A stretch of 64,000 nucleotides of DNA from Octopus vulgaris (GCA_951406725.2 OX597827.1:63612001-63676000), one strand, 5' to 3'; positions 12,973-26,065 are shown, numbered from the stretch's first letter. Made by a program: numbers and translations. Notes: generated by a model not told the origin, from the letters alone.

Positions 12973-13754
12973 CTTGTTTTGTTTTCATGTCCTTTTGCCA
13001 TGGATCTTGTCAGACCTTCCAACCTGTCATCATGCAACATGGACATTAGATGATGATGATGATGTTGGTGGTGGTGGTGGTGGTGGTGGTGGTGTTTTTG
13101 GTGATGGTGATGATGATGATGTTGGTGGTGGTGATGGTGATGATGATGATGATGATGATGATGATTGAAGAAACACAAATGGTAGTGTGATTTGCTAGAA
13201 ATTTAGCTGCTGCTTCCACTAGATCAGTCATGCATATGGTGGTTGCCTCTTTACATATGCATCTCTGGTGACTGAAATTATAGGCAATGCACTTTGATAT
13301 TAGAAATTCTGTTTGCTGTGTGGAATCGGCACATTGTATGCGTAGAATATTCTATCAGCTATGTTGAATCAGCGCCATATAAGTGTAGAAAACTGCAGAA
13401 TAATGACCCAGACAACTGACCGATCAGCAGATGTCTGAATACATCATTATGGTAATGCCTTTTTTTTTTTCCATCTATGTGACATATCATCTTATTGATG
13501 TTTTGATCCAGATCAGGCCTGTTCAAACAGATCAATGTTCAAAGGCAATTCATCTGTGATCAGTCTGCCAGTTTTTTTTTCCTTTTCCTTTTCCTTTTCC
13601 TTTACCCACCCTTTCTTCAGGTCATAGTTTATGGTAGGTTATGTAATTTGAGGGAGATTAGGTTGTTATTTCAGGTAAATCAAACAACTACATAGAGATA
13701 CAAGCTATTACCATCATATTATTATTTTTTTTTGTTTGTTATTATTGTTGTTGT

Positions 13755-14048
13755 TAAGGCAGCGAGCTGGCAGAAATGTTTGCATGCCGGGCGAAATGCA
13801 TAGTGGTATTTCGTCTGCCGCTACGTTCTGAGTTCAAATTCTGCCGAGGTCGACTTTGCCTTTCATCCTTTCAGGGTCGATTAAATAAGTACCAGTTACA
13901 CACTGGGGTTGATATAATCGACTTAATCCATTTGTCTGTCCTTGTTTATCCCCTCTGTGTTTAGCCCCTTGTGGGTAGTAAAGAAATAGGTATTTTGTTT
14001 GCCATTACGCTCTGAGTTCAAATTCTGCCAAGGTTGACTTTGCCTTCT
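13755..14048 (+). mobile_element. SINE family A (tail type 1) plus partial tandem copy
   Basis: aaggcagcgagctggcagaa head through gtagtaaagaaata tail, then the internal segment restarts. Confidence 0.88.
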
Positions 14049-14054
14049 TGAACT

Positions 14055-14315
14055 ATATCTGGCTTATAAGGTTTCCCGGTTTCTTTGGCGTATAGGTTCC
14101 CCACCTGGATGGGACGCCAGTCATCACAGGTGAGCAGCAAGATGCAGGAGGAAAGAGTGAAAGTTGTGGCGAAAAAGTCAGCAGAAGTTCGCCATTACCT
14201 TCTGCATGGAGCTTAGGTGTTTCGCTCATAAACACACACATCACCCGGTCTGAGATTCGAACCCACGATTCCTTGACCGCGAGTCCGCTACTCTAACCAC
14301 TAGGCCATGTGCCTC
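14055..14315 (-). mobile_element. SINE family C (tRNA-derived, V-domain-like body)
   Basis: Reverse complement of 14929-15227; A box tggcctagtgg and B box ggttcgaatc. Confidence 0.85.
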
Positions 14316-14928
14316 GACTATGTAAAATGTAAGTATTGCAAAATGTGGCCCTGAGGATGGCAAATGAACATATAGAAAACAAGAAGAAACACACAAAGGA
14401 TGGGGACATCTCACTCCCCTCATCAGTTATCGACCAAAAATCATCACCATTTCGACACGTTATCTGTGATATTGTTCAATCTGGTAGCATCAGTAGCAGA
14501 AACATGCTGGGGTATGAATGAGCAAACATGAAAGACAAAGTAAGACAAGGAAAAAAAAAAAAGAAAAGAAAGAAATGAAGTCTCTCGACTGATCTGTAAA
14601 GAGAAGTTATGAGGAAAACAAGAAAATATACATAAAATAAAAATGGAAGACAAGTAATGATAAATAAAATAAATGACACAGATATTTGCATTCATAGAAA
14701 GCCTTTTGGCTATACGACAGAATTAAGACAAGACATGTGCAAAAGTAATGCTAATAGGAAAGAACGTGGTTTTTTTGGAGTTTGGAAAATAGATGAAGAA
14801 AAATAAGATAAGTTGAAGCAAACCATGAGATGAAACTAAATTTAAAATCTTAGACAGAAGCTGGAAAGAAAAAAAAAACAGAAACACAATGGACTGAGAA
14901 ATTGGTTAAGCCATAACTGATGGATAGT

Positions 14929-15227
14929 GAAGGCACATGGCCTAGTGGTTAGAGTAGCAGACTCGTGGTCAAGGGATCGTGGGTTCGAATCGCAGACCAG
15001 GCGATGTGTGTGTTTATGAGTGAAACACCTAAGCTCCATGTGGTTCCGGCAGAAGGCAATGGCAAACTTCTGCTGACTCTTTCACCACAACTTACTCTCA
15101 CTCTTTCCTCCTGCATCTTGCAGCTCACCTGTGACAGACCGGCGTCCCATCCAGGTGGGGAACCTATATGCCAAGGAAACCAGGAAACCGGCCCTTATGA
15201 GCCAGGTGTGGCTCGAGAAGGAACAAA
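14929..15227 (+). mobile_element. SINE family C, full length
   Basis: tRNA head (tggcctagtggttagag...gggttcgaatc) and ggcgtcccatccagg block. 17-bp TSD cataactgatggatagt at 14912-14928 and 15228-15244. Confidence 0.9.
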
Positions 15228-15600
15228 CATAACTGATGGATAGTTTTAAATAAAATGATATAAGTACAAAACAAAATGGGGTCTTTAGACTTAACAGTAA
15301 AAAAAAAGATAGAATATAAGAATAGAAAAATATGTGAAATGAAAAGGCAAGGGCAGTAACCAAAAATCAAAATAAATGACACAGATATTTGTGTACATAG
15401 AAAGCCTTTTGGCTATAATTACAGATCTAATGTTGAGATTCACACTCTACAAATGTTGGGACTTGCAGAGGGGATGACAGGGGCCGAGACAATTGGCAGT
15501 TGTCTGTGCTTGGAAAGACATGTCATGCTAAGTTAAAGCGTGGTTGCCCTTGCATATAGGCTCGTCCCCTGCAACCCTCTCCAGCTGAGCATCTCTAATC

Positions 15601-15835
15601 TTATTTCTTTATTGGCCAAAAGGGGCTAAACATAGAGGGGACAAACAAGGACAGACAAATGGATTAAGTCAATTCAATCGACCCCAGTGTGTAACTGGTA
15701 CTTAATTTATCGACCCTAAAAGGATGAAAGGCAAAGTCGACCTCAGCGGAATTTGAACTCAGAATGTAGTGGCAGACGAAATACCACTAAGCATTTTGCC
15801 TGGTGTGCTAACGTTTCTACCAGCTCGCCGCCTTA
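15601..15835 (-). mobile_element. SINE family A, full length (tail type 1)
   Basis: TSD gagca(t/g)ctctaatctt at 15587-15602 and 15836-15851. Confidence 0.9.
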
Positions 15836-15854
15836 GAGCAGCTCTAATCTTGTG

Positions 15855-16080
15855 GGCCCGTAGGTGTTGGTGCCACATTAAAAGCACCCATTCTGGTGCT
15901 GTGTAAAAGTCCCCAGTACACTCTGTAAAGTGGTTGGCATTAGAAAGGACATCCGGCTGTAGAAACCATACCAAAACAGACAGGAAGGCCTGAACAGCCC
16001 TTCAGTTGGTCAGCTCCTGTCAAACTGTCCGACCCATGCCATCATGGGAAACGGACGTTAAATGATGATGATGATGATGA
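15855..16080 (+). mobile_element. family D element, 3' part
   Basis: gtggttggcattagaaaggacatcc...cccatgccatcatgggaaacggacgttaaa followed by (tga)n. Confidence 0.75.
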
Positions 16081-17414
16081 AGACGAAAATGGAATTAAGA
16101 CAAAATACAAGTGGAAATAATGGCAGTGAACTGATGAAGAAGTTAGAACAAAGATAATGCCTTGCACTTTTCTTCCAAGCTCTCTGCTCTTCAAGTTCAA
16201 ATTTCACCATAGTCAGTTTTGCTATTTGTCTTTTTTGTGGGGGTCAGTAAATAAAGATCCAGTTTAGTCCTGTCCAGTCTAGTCCAGGATGCAGGGCCAG
16301 ATCAAAATCCGTCGAAGCCCTTAACACTTAAAAGATTTTGGTAATGTCATTTAAAATATATATTGATTTCAAATTTTGGCACAAGGCCAGTAAGTTTGGT
16401 GGAAGGGAAGTCGATTACATCGACCCCAGTGTTTAACTGGTACTTATATTATCAACCCACGAAAGGTAAATCACCCTTGGCAGAATTTAAATATGTAACA
16501 TGCCTTCATTAGTCAGTTCAAGTTAAGACAGTGTCACGTGACAACTTGCTAGGGCTGCCTGCTGGAGCCTAGTAGCAGGTATTTAAAGGGAAATTTGACA
16601 AGACAGTCAGTTGCCCACTGACACTCGTTGACGCTATATCGAAGAGGCCAGGGAACAGAAGAAAGCAGAAAGAAGACATGCACCCAACACCAGACCCAAA
16701 GACACCTCCGAAAGAGGGAGCCCCGCCACATGAAAATGGTCGAAGAGTAGGGGCCGAAACCAGACGTGGTTCCTCCTGATGATGTCTTGATCCTATAAAA
16801 GATCTGTTGTGGTAGCAGACCACAAAATATGGTTGAAATTCCTTTCAAAATACAAACAATAAAAAAAAAAACACAAAACAAATTTTTATTTTTCAAAATG
16901 AATCAAAACTAACAGCAAGATGGAAAATAACGTTTATTTTTGGAGACTTCCATCTTATTTATATTTGAAAAGTTTTTCTCCTACTTCTTTTAATTGCAAA
17001 GGCTTTGATCAGATCCTCACTTTGACACCATGAACACAACGAAATTATATTTCTTATCACATAAACCACTTTAGCAATTTTAAAATGATTACTTTTGTAT
17101 TGTAAACCATTTATCCTTTCTGTGATGCCCCTAGTACGTTCTTTTGCTTAATGGTTAATCCAGTGCTGTCAGGTTGAAAGATTGGCAAAATTCTGAGAGT
17201 ATCAGACTGCTGTTTTGCATTATCTTTTCTTAGGGGTAAGTTCTGAGTTCAGATCCCTCCCATGTATTGATGGGGTCCCTTCCTTCTGTTCAATGTGTAA
17301 TTGATCAACATGGGCATATCAGCTTCATAACCAGCATAAATAAGCCAGTAATGATAACAGCCAATGGACAACAATATGCTTGGACTTCGTTCAGAAATGG
17401 GACAAAGTGAAATA

Positions 17415-17630
17415 CAAGGGGGGTGCTGAAAAGTTCCTGGCTTTAAGGGTATCGCGAAAGGCCTGGTCGGAGACCCAACTTTCTGAGTTCTTTAGCAGGG
17501 CTTAAAAAAACTGAAGGACTGCTGCAATAAGTTTGTGAATCCGAGATAGGAATATGTTGAATAAAATCATAATTAACTGATCCTACTGTATTTTCTTTTA
17601 CTCAAAACCAGGAACTTTTCAGCATACCCT

Positions 17631-17632
<2 letters not shown>
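17415..17632 (+). mobile_element. mariner-derived MITE, copy 1
   Basis: TIRs caaggggggtgctgaaaagttcctggcttt / aaaaccaggaacttttcagcatacccttg with TA on both sides. The interior resembles a mariner ORF 3' end (gaatatgttgaataa, EYVE*). Confidence 0.85.
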
Positions 17633-17671
<39 letters not shown>

Positions 17672-17677
<6 letters not shown>

Positions 17678-17795
17678 GAAAGTTACAGAAAAACAAAAGC
17701 TGAAGACAGGTGTATTAGTTTAACGATCAGGAACGTGAGAAAATCTTTTACATTTTGAGCCTACGCTCTTCAGCAGAAAGGAACACAAGGAAATA
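17672..17795 (-). mobile_element. Penelope-like terminal-repeat fragment with hammerhead-like core
   Basis: Minus strand ctgaagagcgtaggctcaaaatg; homologous to 58780-58952 and 61650-61858; sits in (TA)n. Confidence 0.45.
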
Positions 17796-18094
17796 AATAT
17801 ATATATATATAAATATATATATAATATAAAAAAAGGAACCAAGAAGTGGAACGAAACGACGAATCGGAACGAACCTGATGCGGGGCGCTGTCAGACAATA
17901 AGGTGATAAATAAAAATATATGCATACATACAAACATATATGTACGTACCTACATCTACATGTATATATACATGCATATATAAATAATTATACGTGGGTA
18001 CAGGACATCACAATATGACGTAGAAACGGAAAAAACAAAAAAACAAGAAAACGAAAAACAATTACAGGACGAGCTACACATATATATAAATATA

Positions 18095-18309
18095 TGAGGG
18101 GGTACTGAAGAGTTACTGGCGTTAAGGGTATCACAAAAAACCTGGTTAGTGGCCTAACCATTCAAGTACTTTTTCAGGGTTTAGAAAAACTGAAGGGCTG
18201 CTGCAATGAGGGTGTGAATCCGAGAGAGGAATATTTTGAATAACATAATTAACTGATCGTCTTGTATTTTCTTTTACTCAAAGCCTGGAACTTTTCAGCA
18301 TACCCTTTG
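18095..18309 (+). mobile_element. mariner-derived MITE, copy 2
   Basis: Diverged copy of 17415-17632 with the same TIRs and TA ends. Confidence 0.82.
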
Positions 18310-19384
18310 TATGCTTGACCATAGATCTGATGACAGAATGACTAAAAGAGGGAGAGAATGAGAAGAAGTGGAGGGTTAGAGAGATGAGGTGAGGAGGAGA
18401 TATTGCTGGTTGCCATAGAGACATGTAAATGAAGGTAAACTCACACCACACCAGAATGTTTTTATTGTTTTTCTTTCGTTTTTCTTTTGTGGCGGGGGGG
18501 ACGGGGGCTACTTTTGCCGTCCCCTGAGGCTCAGTAGAAGTCATGAAAGTGTTTACAGAGTGAAGCGGAATAGTTCTGTTGGCACCACAGATACTGGTGG
18601 TGGTGGTGGTGGTGGTAGTGGTGGTGACAGTGGCGGCATTGATGATGATGATGATGATATTGAGGATGGTAATGAAAGGGGGAGATGGGATGGTGTTGGT
18701 AGAAGTAGTGGTGGTGATGGTAGTACTGAAAGTACAAGTAGCAGCAGCCGCAGCAGCAGTAGTAGAGGTAGTAGCAGGAGAAGGAGGGGGAGTAATAATA
18801 GTAGCACTGACGGTGGTGGTTGTAGTAGTAGTAGTAGTAGTAGTAGTTGTGATGCTGCTGGTATAAGCACGCACACACACACACATACACACATTAGAGA
18901 AACAGTACTAACCAAAGTCTTCAATATGTTAACTAACATGTGTATGTGTGTGCATGCTTGTGTGTGTGTGCGCGCATGCTTGTGTGCGTGTGTGTGTGTT
19001 GTTTATATGTGAGTGTGTGTATACACTTCTTTAGTGTATGTATGTGTGTCTCTTCTGATCAGGGAACCAACATCTATCTAGCTTATGCTTATGTCAGTGT
19101 GTGTGTATGCTTTTATACATGTGTGTGTGTGTTTATGCATGCATATCATCATCACCATCATCACCATCCTCCTCCTCCTCCTCATCATCATCATCACCTT
19201 CTTCATTGTCATCATAATCTTCCACCTCCTTCACCTCCTCTTCCTCATTACCTTCATCATCATCATCATCACCACCTCATCATCATCATCATCACCAACT
19301 TCATCATTGTCATCATCACCTTCCTCCTCCTCCATCTCCTTCACCTCCTCCTCTTCATTACCAACACCGGCACAGAGTCTGTGC

Positions 19385-19768
19385 TTCACAATCATGCTTT
19401 GCAACCATGCCTCACAACCATGCTTTGCATCCATATTTCACAACCACACTTCACAACCACACCTTGCAACCACGCCTTGCAACCATACCTCACAACCATG
19501 CTTTGCATCCATACTTCACAACCACACTTCGCAACCATGCCTCACAACCAAGCTCACAACCACACCTCACAACTACACCCGGCAACCATGCCTCGCAACC
19601 ATGCCTCGCAACCATGCCTCACAACCACACTTCGCAACCATGCCTCACAACCAAGCTCACAACCACACCTCACAACCACACCCGGCAACCATGCCTCGCA
19701 ACCATGCCTCACAGCCACACCTCACAACCACAACTTCCAACCATGCCTCACAACTATGCTTCACAACT
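19385..19768. repeat. compound minisatellite built from caaccatgcct/cacaaccacac units
   Basis: Short units are rearranged into repeated higher-order blocks. Confidence 0.85.
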
Positions 19769-19769
19769 A

Positions 19770-20010
19770 AAAATGCTTATTGGTCAAATGACCGCTACAC
19801 ACTAGCTTTGGTTTTAGTTTAATTGGAACACCTTTGTTACTCCAGATGTTATTAAGCTTTCCTACGGACGTCCTTGCACTGTCCAATTCCTTTCTTACAA
19901 GTGGCTTCATTAGAGATTCAGATCCCAAAATACTTGTGCAGTACAATTGTTCAAGCCTCTCGCTGCTCAATCTGATGTTAACATTTACTTTCTCTTTTGC
20001 TGCCACCATG
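19770..20010 (-). mobile_element. LINE (RTE-like) remnant, post-RT region
   Basis: Minus strand MVAAKEKVNVNIRLSSERLEQ..(frameshift)KYFG..ARTSVGKLNNIWSNKGVPIKLKPKLV fits the LEQV.F.YLG...KL..IW....I.LK.KL region of RTE-type ORFs. Confidence 0.65.
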
Positions 20011-20094
20011 CCTCAGTCCACTCAGCTGTAAAACAAGTTCCAACAACAACAGCTAGGAAGTTAACCCTGTAAACTTGCTGACATCCCATTCATG

Positions 20095-20580
20095 ACTAGG
20101 GATTGTTGTTATCTTAGTCACTTATACGCCATGGAAACTGAGTTAAACTCTGCAGTTATGAATCCTAGGACTCATGACAGACATAACCTTATTCGTATCT
20201 GTGGAGTACTCGGCCACTTGCATTTAAAATACAATGAACCAGCTTTCCGATCAGCGAGTAGTGTGTTAATCTCAGTTACTTTCAATACCATGGAAACTGA
20301 GTTAAACTCTGACTTTACGAGTCCTATAACTCAAGACTCAAGGCAGACCTAACTTAACTTAACTTAAGTCTGTGGTGTACTCAGCCACTTGCATTTAAAA
20401 TACAACAAACAAGCTTCCCATTCGGCAGATAGTGTAGTAACCTCAGTTATTTTCAATGCCATGGAAGCCAAATTAAACTCTGAACTCATGGGTCCTATAA
20501 CTCAAGACACAAGGCAGACCTAACTTAACCTCAGTCTGTGGAGTACTCAACCACTTGCATTAAAATACAACAAACCGGTA
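20095..20580. repeat. ~160-170-bp tandem repeat x3
   Basis: ccatggaa..ttaaactctg recurs at 20129, 20289 and 20459; gtactc.gccacttgcatt recurs in each unit. Confidence 0.85.
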
Positions 20581-21791
20581 GTTCAGTTGATGAGAAAAGT
20601 AGACTACTCATAATGAAAACCCACAGCGGTTCTTCTTGTTATTGTTGCTATGTGTACAGGGGAGCCATGTTTGTTTAAAGCCAGAGAGATTAAAGAGCAA
20701 GTAATTGCACAGATATAGAAGATTGTCACAACATGCAGTGCTGCCATCTATATCAACAAAGAAACTGGATGGCAATGGTTGTGGTGGTACTGGTGGTAGC
20801 GGTGTTAGTGGTTATGGTGTCGGTGGTGGTGGCGGCAGCAGCAGTGGAGGGCAGCGTTTATTTGCTGGACTCAAATTGTTTCCTCTTTTTTTGACCTTTA
20901 GTTTTAAGAGACACAGAAATTTTTACTGCTTTTTCTAGCAGGCCAAGCAACCATATAGAGGCCTTCTTTGAATGTTTCCTTGGTGATGGTGGTGGCGTGG
21001 CTGCAGCAGCAGCAGCAGCGGTGGTGGTACTAGTGTTGAACTGGTGCTGGTAATGGTGGTGGTGGTGGTGGAGGAGGAGGAGGAGGAGGAAAGGTATTTT
21101 TGTTTCTGTTTCATTGTCCTGTTCAGCCCTGCCCAGATCAGCCCTGATCGATTTAATCTAGTGCTTTCCAGTAATGACCATCCCATCTTAATTGTCAACA
21201 TTGACTATTGTTTGACAGGGCTATAACCCAAATTGTTTCCCCCCACATATCTCCCCCACTGCATTTTAAGACCGACAGGAATTTCGCTGTTCTTTCTAGC
21301 AAACCAAACAACGACATAGAGGTTTCTCCTGGAGTTTCTCTAATGGTGGTGGTGGTAGTGGTTGTGGTTGTAGTGATGGTCATGGTGGTAGAAATGACAG
21401 TGGTGGTGGCAGCTGCGGTGGTGGCTGTAGCGGTGGTGGTAGTGGTGGTGGTGGCTGCGGCAGTGGCAGTGGTGGTAGTGGTGGTGGTGGTGGTGGTGGA
21501 GATGTTTGGGTTAAAGAGCTGTAAAGTGATTAGCAGGGAGCCACAAACATGTCAGTTTGAATCTCTTGCTCATTGGACTCTTCTCCTGTAACCCATATAC
21601 CCTTTCTGCCACCCTATGCACGCTTCTTCTAATTCTCATCTGCTCGCTCCCTTCTCATTAAAAACCCCACAATCTTCATACACACATTAATTGCATCCCT
21701 AATCAAGTGATTACCTGTAACATAACATTGACTTTTGATACACAGACAGGCACATACAGGTGTTCCTTTATATCAGTTTGCTCTGTATATC

Positions 21792-22273
21792 TTATTTCTT
21801 TACTGCCCACAAGGGGCTACACACAGGGGGACAAACAAGGACCATAAAATAGATTAAGTCAACTATATCGACCCCCAGTGCCTAACTGGTACTTATTTAA
21901 TCGACCCTGAAAGGATGAAAGGCAAAGTTGACCTCAGCGGAATTTGAACTCATAATGTAAAGACAGACGAAATACCGTTAAGCATTTCACCCAGCATGCA
22001 AACGTTTCTTATTTCTTTACTGCCCACAAGGGGCTACACACAGAGGGGACAGATAAGGACAGAAAAACGGATTAAGTCAATTATATCGAAACCAGTGCAT
22101 AACTGGTACTTATTTAATCGATTCCGAAAGGATGAAAGGCAAAGTTGACCTCGGCGGAATTTGAACTTATAACATAAAGACAGGCGAAATATCGCTTAGC
22201 ATTTCGCCCAGCGAGCTAACGTTTCTGCCAGCTCACCGGCTTTAAATTTTTTTGAAGGTGGCAAGCTGGCAGA
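21792..22273 (-). mobile_element. SINE family A dimer with inverted copy of its 5' end
   Basis: Two tandem units; 14-bp TSD tgctctgtatatct at 21779-21792 and 22274-22287. Confidence 0.88.
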
Positions 22274-22306
22274 TGCTCTGTATATCTGTCTGTATATCTC
22301 CTTACC

Positions 22307-22550
<244 letters not shown>

Positions 22551-23020
22551 AAACCCTATTAATGCTCATCTTTCTCTCTCCCTATCTATCTATTTATCTG
22601 TTCCACTGTGTATGACCTTGGGCAACCGTCTTGGCTTATGAGTAAATTCTAACGATTTTCCTAGGGAAAAAGAAGGGTTATTTCCCATGAATTGACATTA
22701 GCCATTGCTGAAGTGTGTAAGCTATGCAAATTAGTTTCACCCAGGTCAATACAGAGGACTTTAAGCTATCTATATCAAAAACTCTATCATATACAACACT
22801 TGCTAAGTTACCGCAATCAACAATAGGGATATAGATGTAATAATGCATACCAAAGAAACCCCACTGTTTGATAAAGGTTCACCCTGAGTCAAACTAACAA
22901 ATCCAGAAGGCTCCTCTGATGCTGCGATGGGGCATTCCATATCTCCAACTTCATAGGCCATTTTATACAAAACATCCTTTCTAAGAAATTTCTGTCAACC
23001 TGCTTTGGCCCACATAGAGT

Positions 23021-23423
23021 GGCGCAGGAGTGGCTGTGTGGTAAGTAGCTTGTTTACCAACCACATGGTTCCGGGTTCAGTACTACTGCGTGGCATCTTG
23101 GGCAAATGTCTTCTGCTATAGCCCCGGGCCGACCATTGCCTTGTGAGTGGATTTGGTAGACGGAAACTGAAAGAAGCCTGTCGTATATATGTATATATAT
23201 GTGTGTGTTTGTGTGTCTGTGTTTGTCCCCCTAGCATTGCTTGACAACCGATGCTGGTGTGTTTATGTCCCTGTTACTTAGCGGTTCGGCAAAAGAGACC
23301 GATAGAATAAGTACTGGGCTTACAAAGAATAAGTCCCGGGATCGATTTGCTCGACTAAAAGGCGGTGCTCCAGCATGGCCACAGTCAAAATGACTGAAAC
23401 AAGTAAAAGAGAGAAAGAGAGAG
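23021..23423 (+). mobile_element. SINE family B, full length, 65-bp TSD
   Basis: ggcgcaggagtggctgtgtggtaag head to gactgaaacaagtaaaagag tail; identical 65-mers at 22955-23019 and 23424-23488. Confidence 0.92.
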
Positions 23424-24149
23424 AGGCCATTTTATACAAAACATCCTTTCTAAGAAATTTCTGTCAACCTGCTTTGGCCCACATAGAGATGACTGGTGTC
23501 CCATCCAGAAGGGGAATTTATATGCCATAGAAACCAGGGAACTGGTCCCTTATAAGTCGACATGACTTGAGATGGTCACTTTGCCTTTTACTTAAGGCAT
23601 CTCTAGAGGTGTGAACAGCCTTACTCTGGACAGGCTCAGAAAATACCTCATCCACATTCCTAACTTAGATGTACTTCTGGCTCTCATTGCTTAAGTATTC
23701 TAGTGTGTCAATATTTTAACAAAATGATCGTACCTTTTTTTAATTAAAATGTTACTTTGGAAATTAAAATCAAATAACTTTTAATATTCAAATTGTATCC
23801 TTAGCTGTAATATTTTAAGCAAAAATGTTCTTGTTCTCTACTTTACCAGATGTAATAAATTGTCCAGAACTTTTCCAAGTGTATTAACTTGTCCTGTAAT
23901 TCCCCAGGTTTATAATCTAAAGAATATTATTTCTCTTGCTTGCATTTTCCCATGTAATCCATGCTTTTTCCAGGCTATGCTATTATGCTAATTAATAATG
24001 TGTCAATTAGCAGTATTGTTGATAATTTTTTTTCCTTACCCCAATGACACCGGTGACATATATTAAAAGTCCCCTTATAGAACTATATCCATAAAAAAGT
24101 ATAGAATTATATTATCACCCTCAAATCTGAGAAACAAACACTCATAGCT

Positions 24150-24500
24150 TTTTCTTTTAAAACTTTGTTGCATGAGATTAATACAATGAAATTCTTCGAA
24201 TTGAGCTCTATCATTTAAGCTTAATTCAAATATAGTTTGTTTTTAAAATAAAAAAGTTAATAATATTTTAATCCAGTTTTTTTACCTTACTTATCACAAC
24301 TATTTTGATACAAATTTTTGTTGCATGGGACCAAAAATATGGAATTCTTCATGCTTTCTTCTATCATTGAAGTTAAGATAAATATAATTTGCTTTTAAAA
24401 TGAAAAAAAGTTATTAGATCTAAACTTGATTGGTGGCGTTACTTGCTCTCCTTTAACGTTGCTACAAATTTTGATGCAAACTTTTTCCTACTGGATCAAA
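24150..24500. repeat. degenerate ~150-bp tandem duplication
   Basis: ttgttgcatg...aattcttc...ctatcatt..ag.t.a...aaatata.tttg.tttaaaat.aaaaagtta recurs near 24165 and 24318. Confidence 0.55.
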
Positions 24501-24892
24501 TCTTGTTTTTTTTTTAATGCCAAAATGTAGCTAGGGACCAGCCCTCTTGAAAAATGTTAATGGTTTTCAATTTGGTTAAGAACTGAATTAGCGACATGCC
24601 CTGGAAGATACTGCGTGCGAATAAATTGCAGCCTTAAGAATATTATTCAACTACTGCCGTAGTTGAATGATATACATACACATATACATAAACTAGCTTC
24701 TTTTAGTTGCAGTTCCTATATGCACACTAAATCTTTTGAAGAACTCACTTGCCCAAGATACTGCGCTGTGGGTTTGAACCTGAAGCAATGTGGTTGCAAA
24801 GTGAAGTTATTAACCACACATCCATGCCTGTACTTATGCATCCACTTTCCATCCTAACTTGGAAACTGTACAAAGAACAATGACAATGACTA

Positions 24893-24933
<41 letters not shown>

Positions 24934-24944
24934 TATACATATAT

Positions 24945-24993
<49 letters not shown>

Positions 24994-25192
24994 TACATGC
25001 ATATATATATATATGTCTAAATATATATATATGCCTACACACATATATATATATAAACATACATACACGCATCTATACTTGTATATATATTTGTAGATGT
25101 ATGTGTGTGTATATATGTTTATACATATACACATACACGCATACATGCTTACATACATACATACATACATACATAAATACATACATACAAAC

Positions 25193-25230
<38 letters not shown>

Positions 25231-25879
25231 GTTTATACATACATACATACATACATACATACATACATACAAACATACATATATATATATATATGTTTAT
25301 AAACACGCACACATATATGTACACATATATACATATATATAGTCATAAATATATTTTGATGGAAACTTTCCCTGAATATAAAGGTGTGTGTGTATGTATG
25401 CATGCAAGTGTGTGTGTGTGAGTGCTTGTATGCACACGTAGGCATGCGTGCGTGTGTATGTGCCTGCATGCATGTGTACAAAAAAAAAATCAATACTGTC
25501 ATCGCCATCACCACCACCACCACCATCATCAACAGCAGCAGGATCAGCAGCAGCATCCTCATGCTCATCCTAATTAAACTCTGACATCAATTGCAAAGGT
25601 ATTCTCCTGTCACCACTCCTTGCCAATTCTAAACCCCCACCCCCGAATGCAACTGCTTCCCCCACCCACTCCCGCATCCTTCTCCCCCCCGCCACTGACG
25701 ATGAACATTTCATCGTGTTCCTGTAACAATAGTCTCCCCTTGCATTCCGAATGTTTTCCCGTTTTTTTTTTTGTTTTTATTATTCTTTTTATTTTTTTAT
25801 TTTGCTCTACTCCCAATACTACCATTTCCAAGACCACCGTCATATCCATTGTCATCACCGGCACCACAAACATCACCTT

Positions 25880-26065
<186 letters not shown>

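Noticed and set aside
14929-15000. Bona fide tRNA gene
   Set aside because: The tRNA-like head continues into a repeated SINE body with a TSD, and the acceptor stem does not pair.
18278-19822. 200-276 aa ORFs with poly-H/T/S and repeated NHASQP motifs
   Set aside because: They are open in several frames because of trinucleotide and minisatellite composition. There is no domain or splice support.
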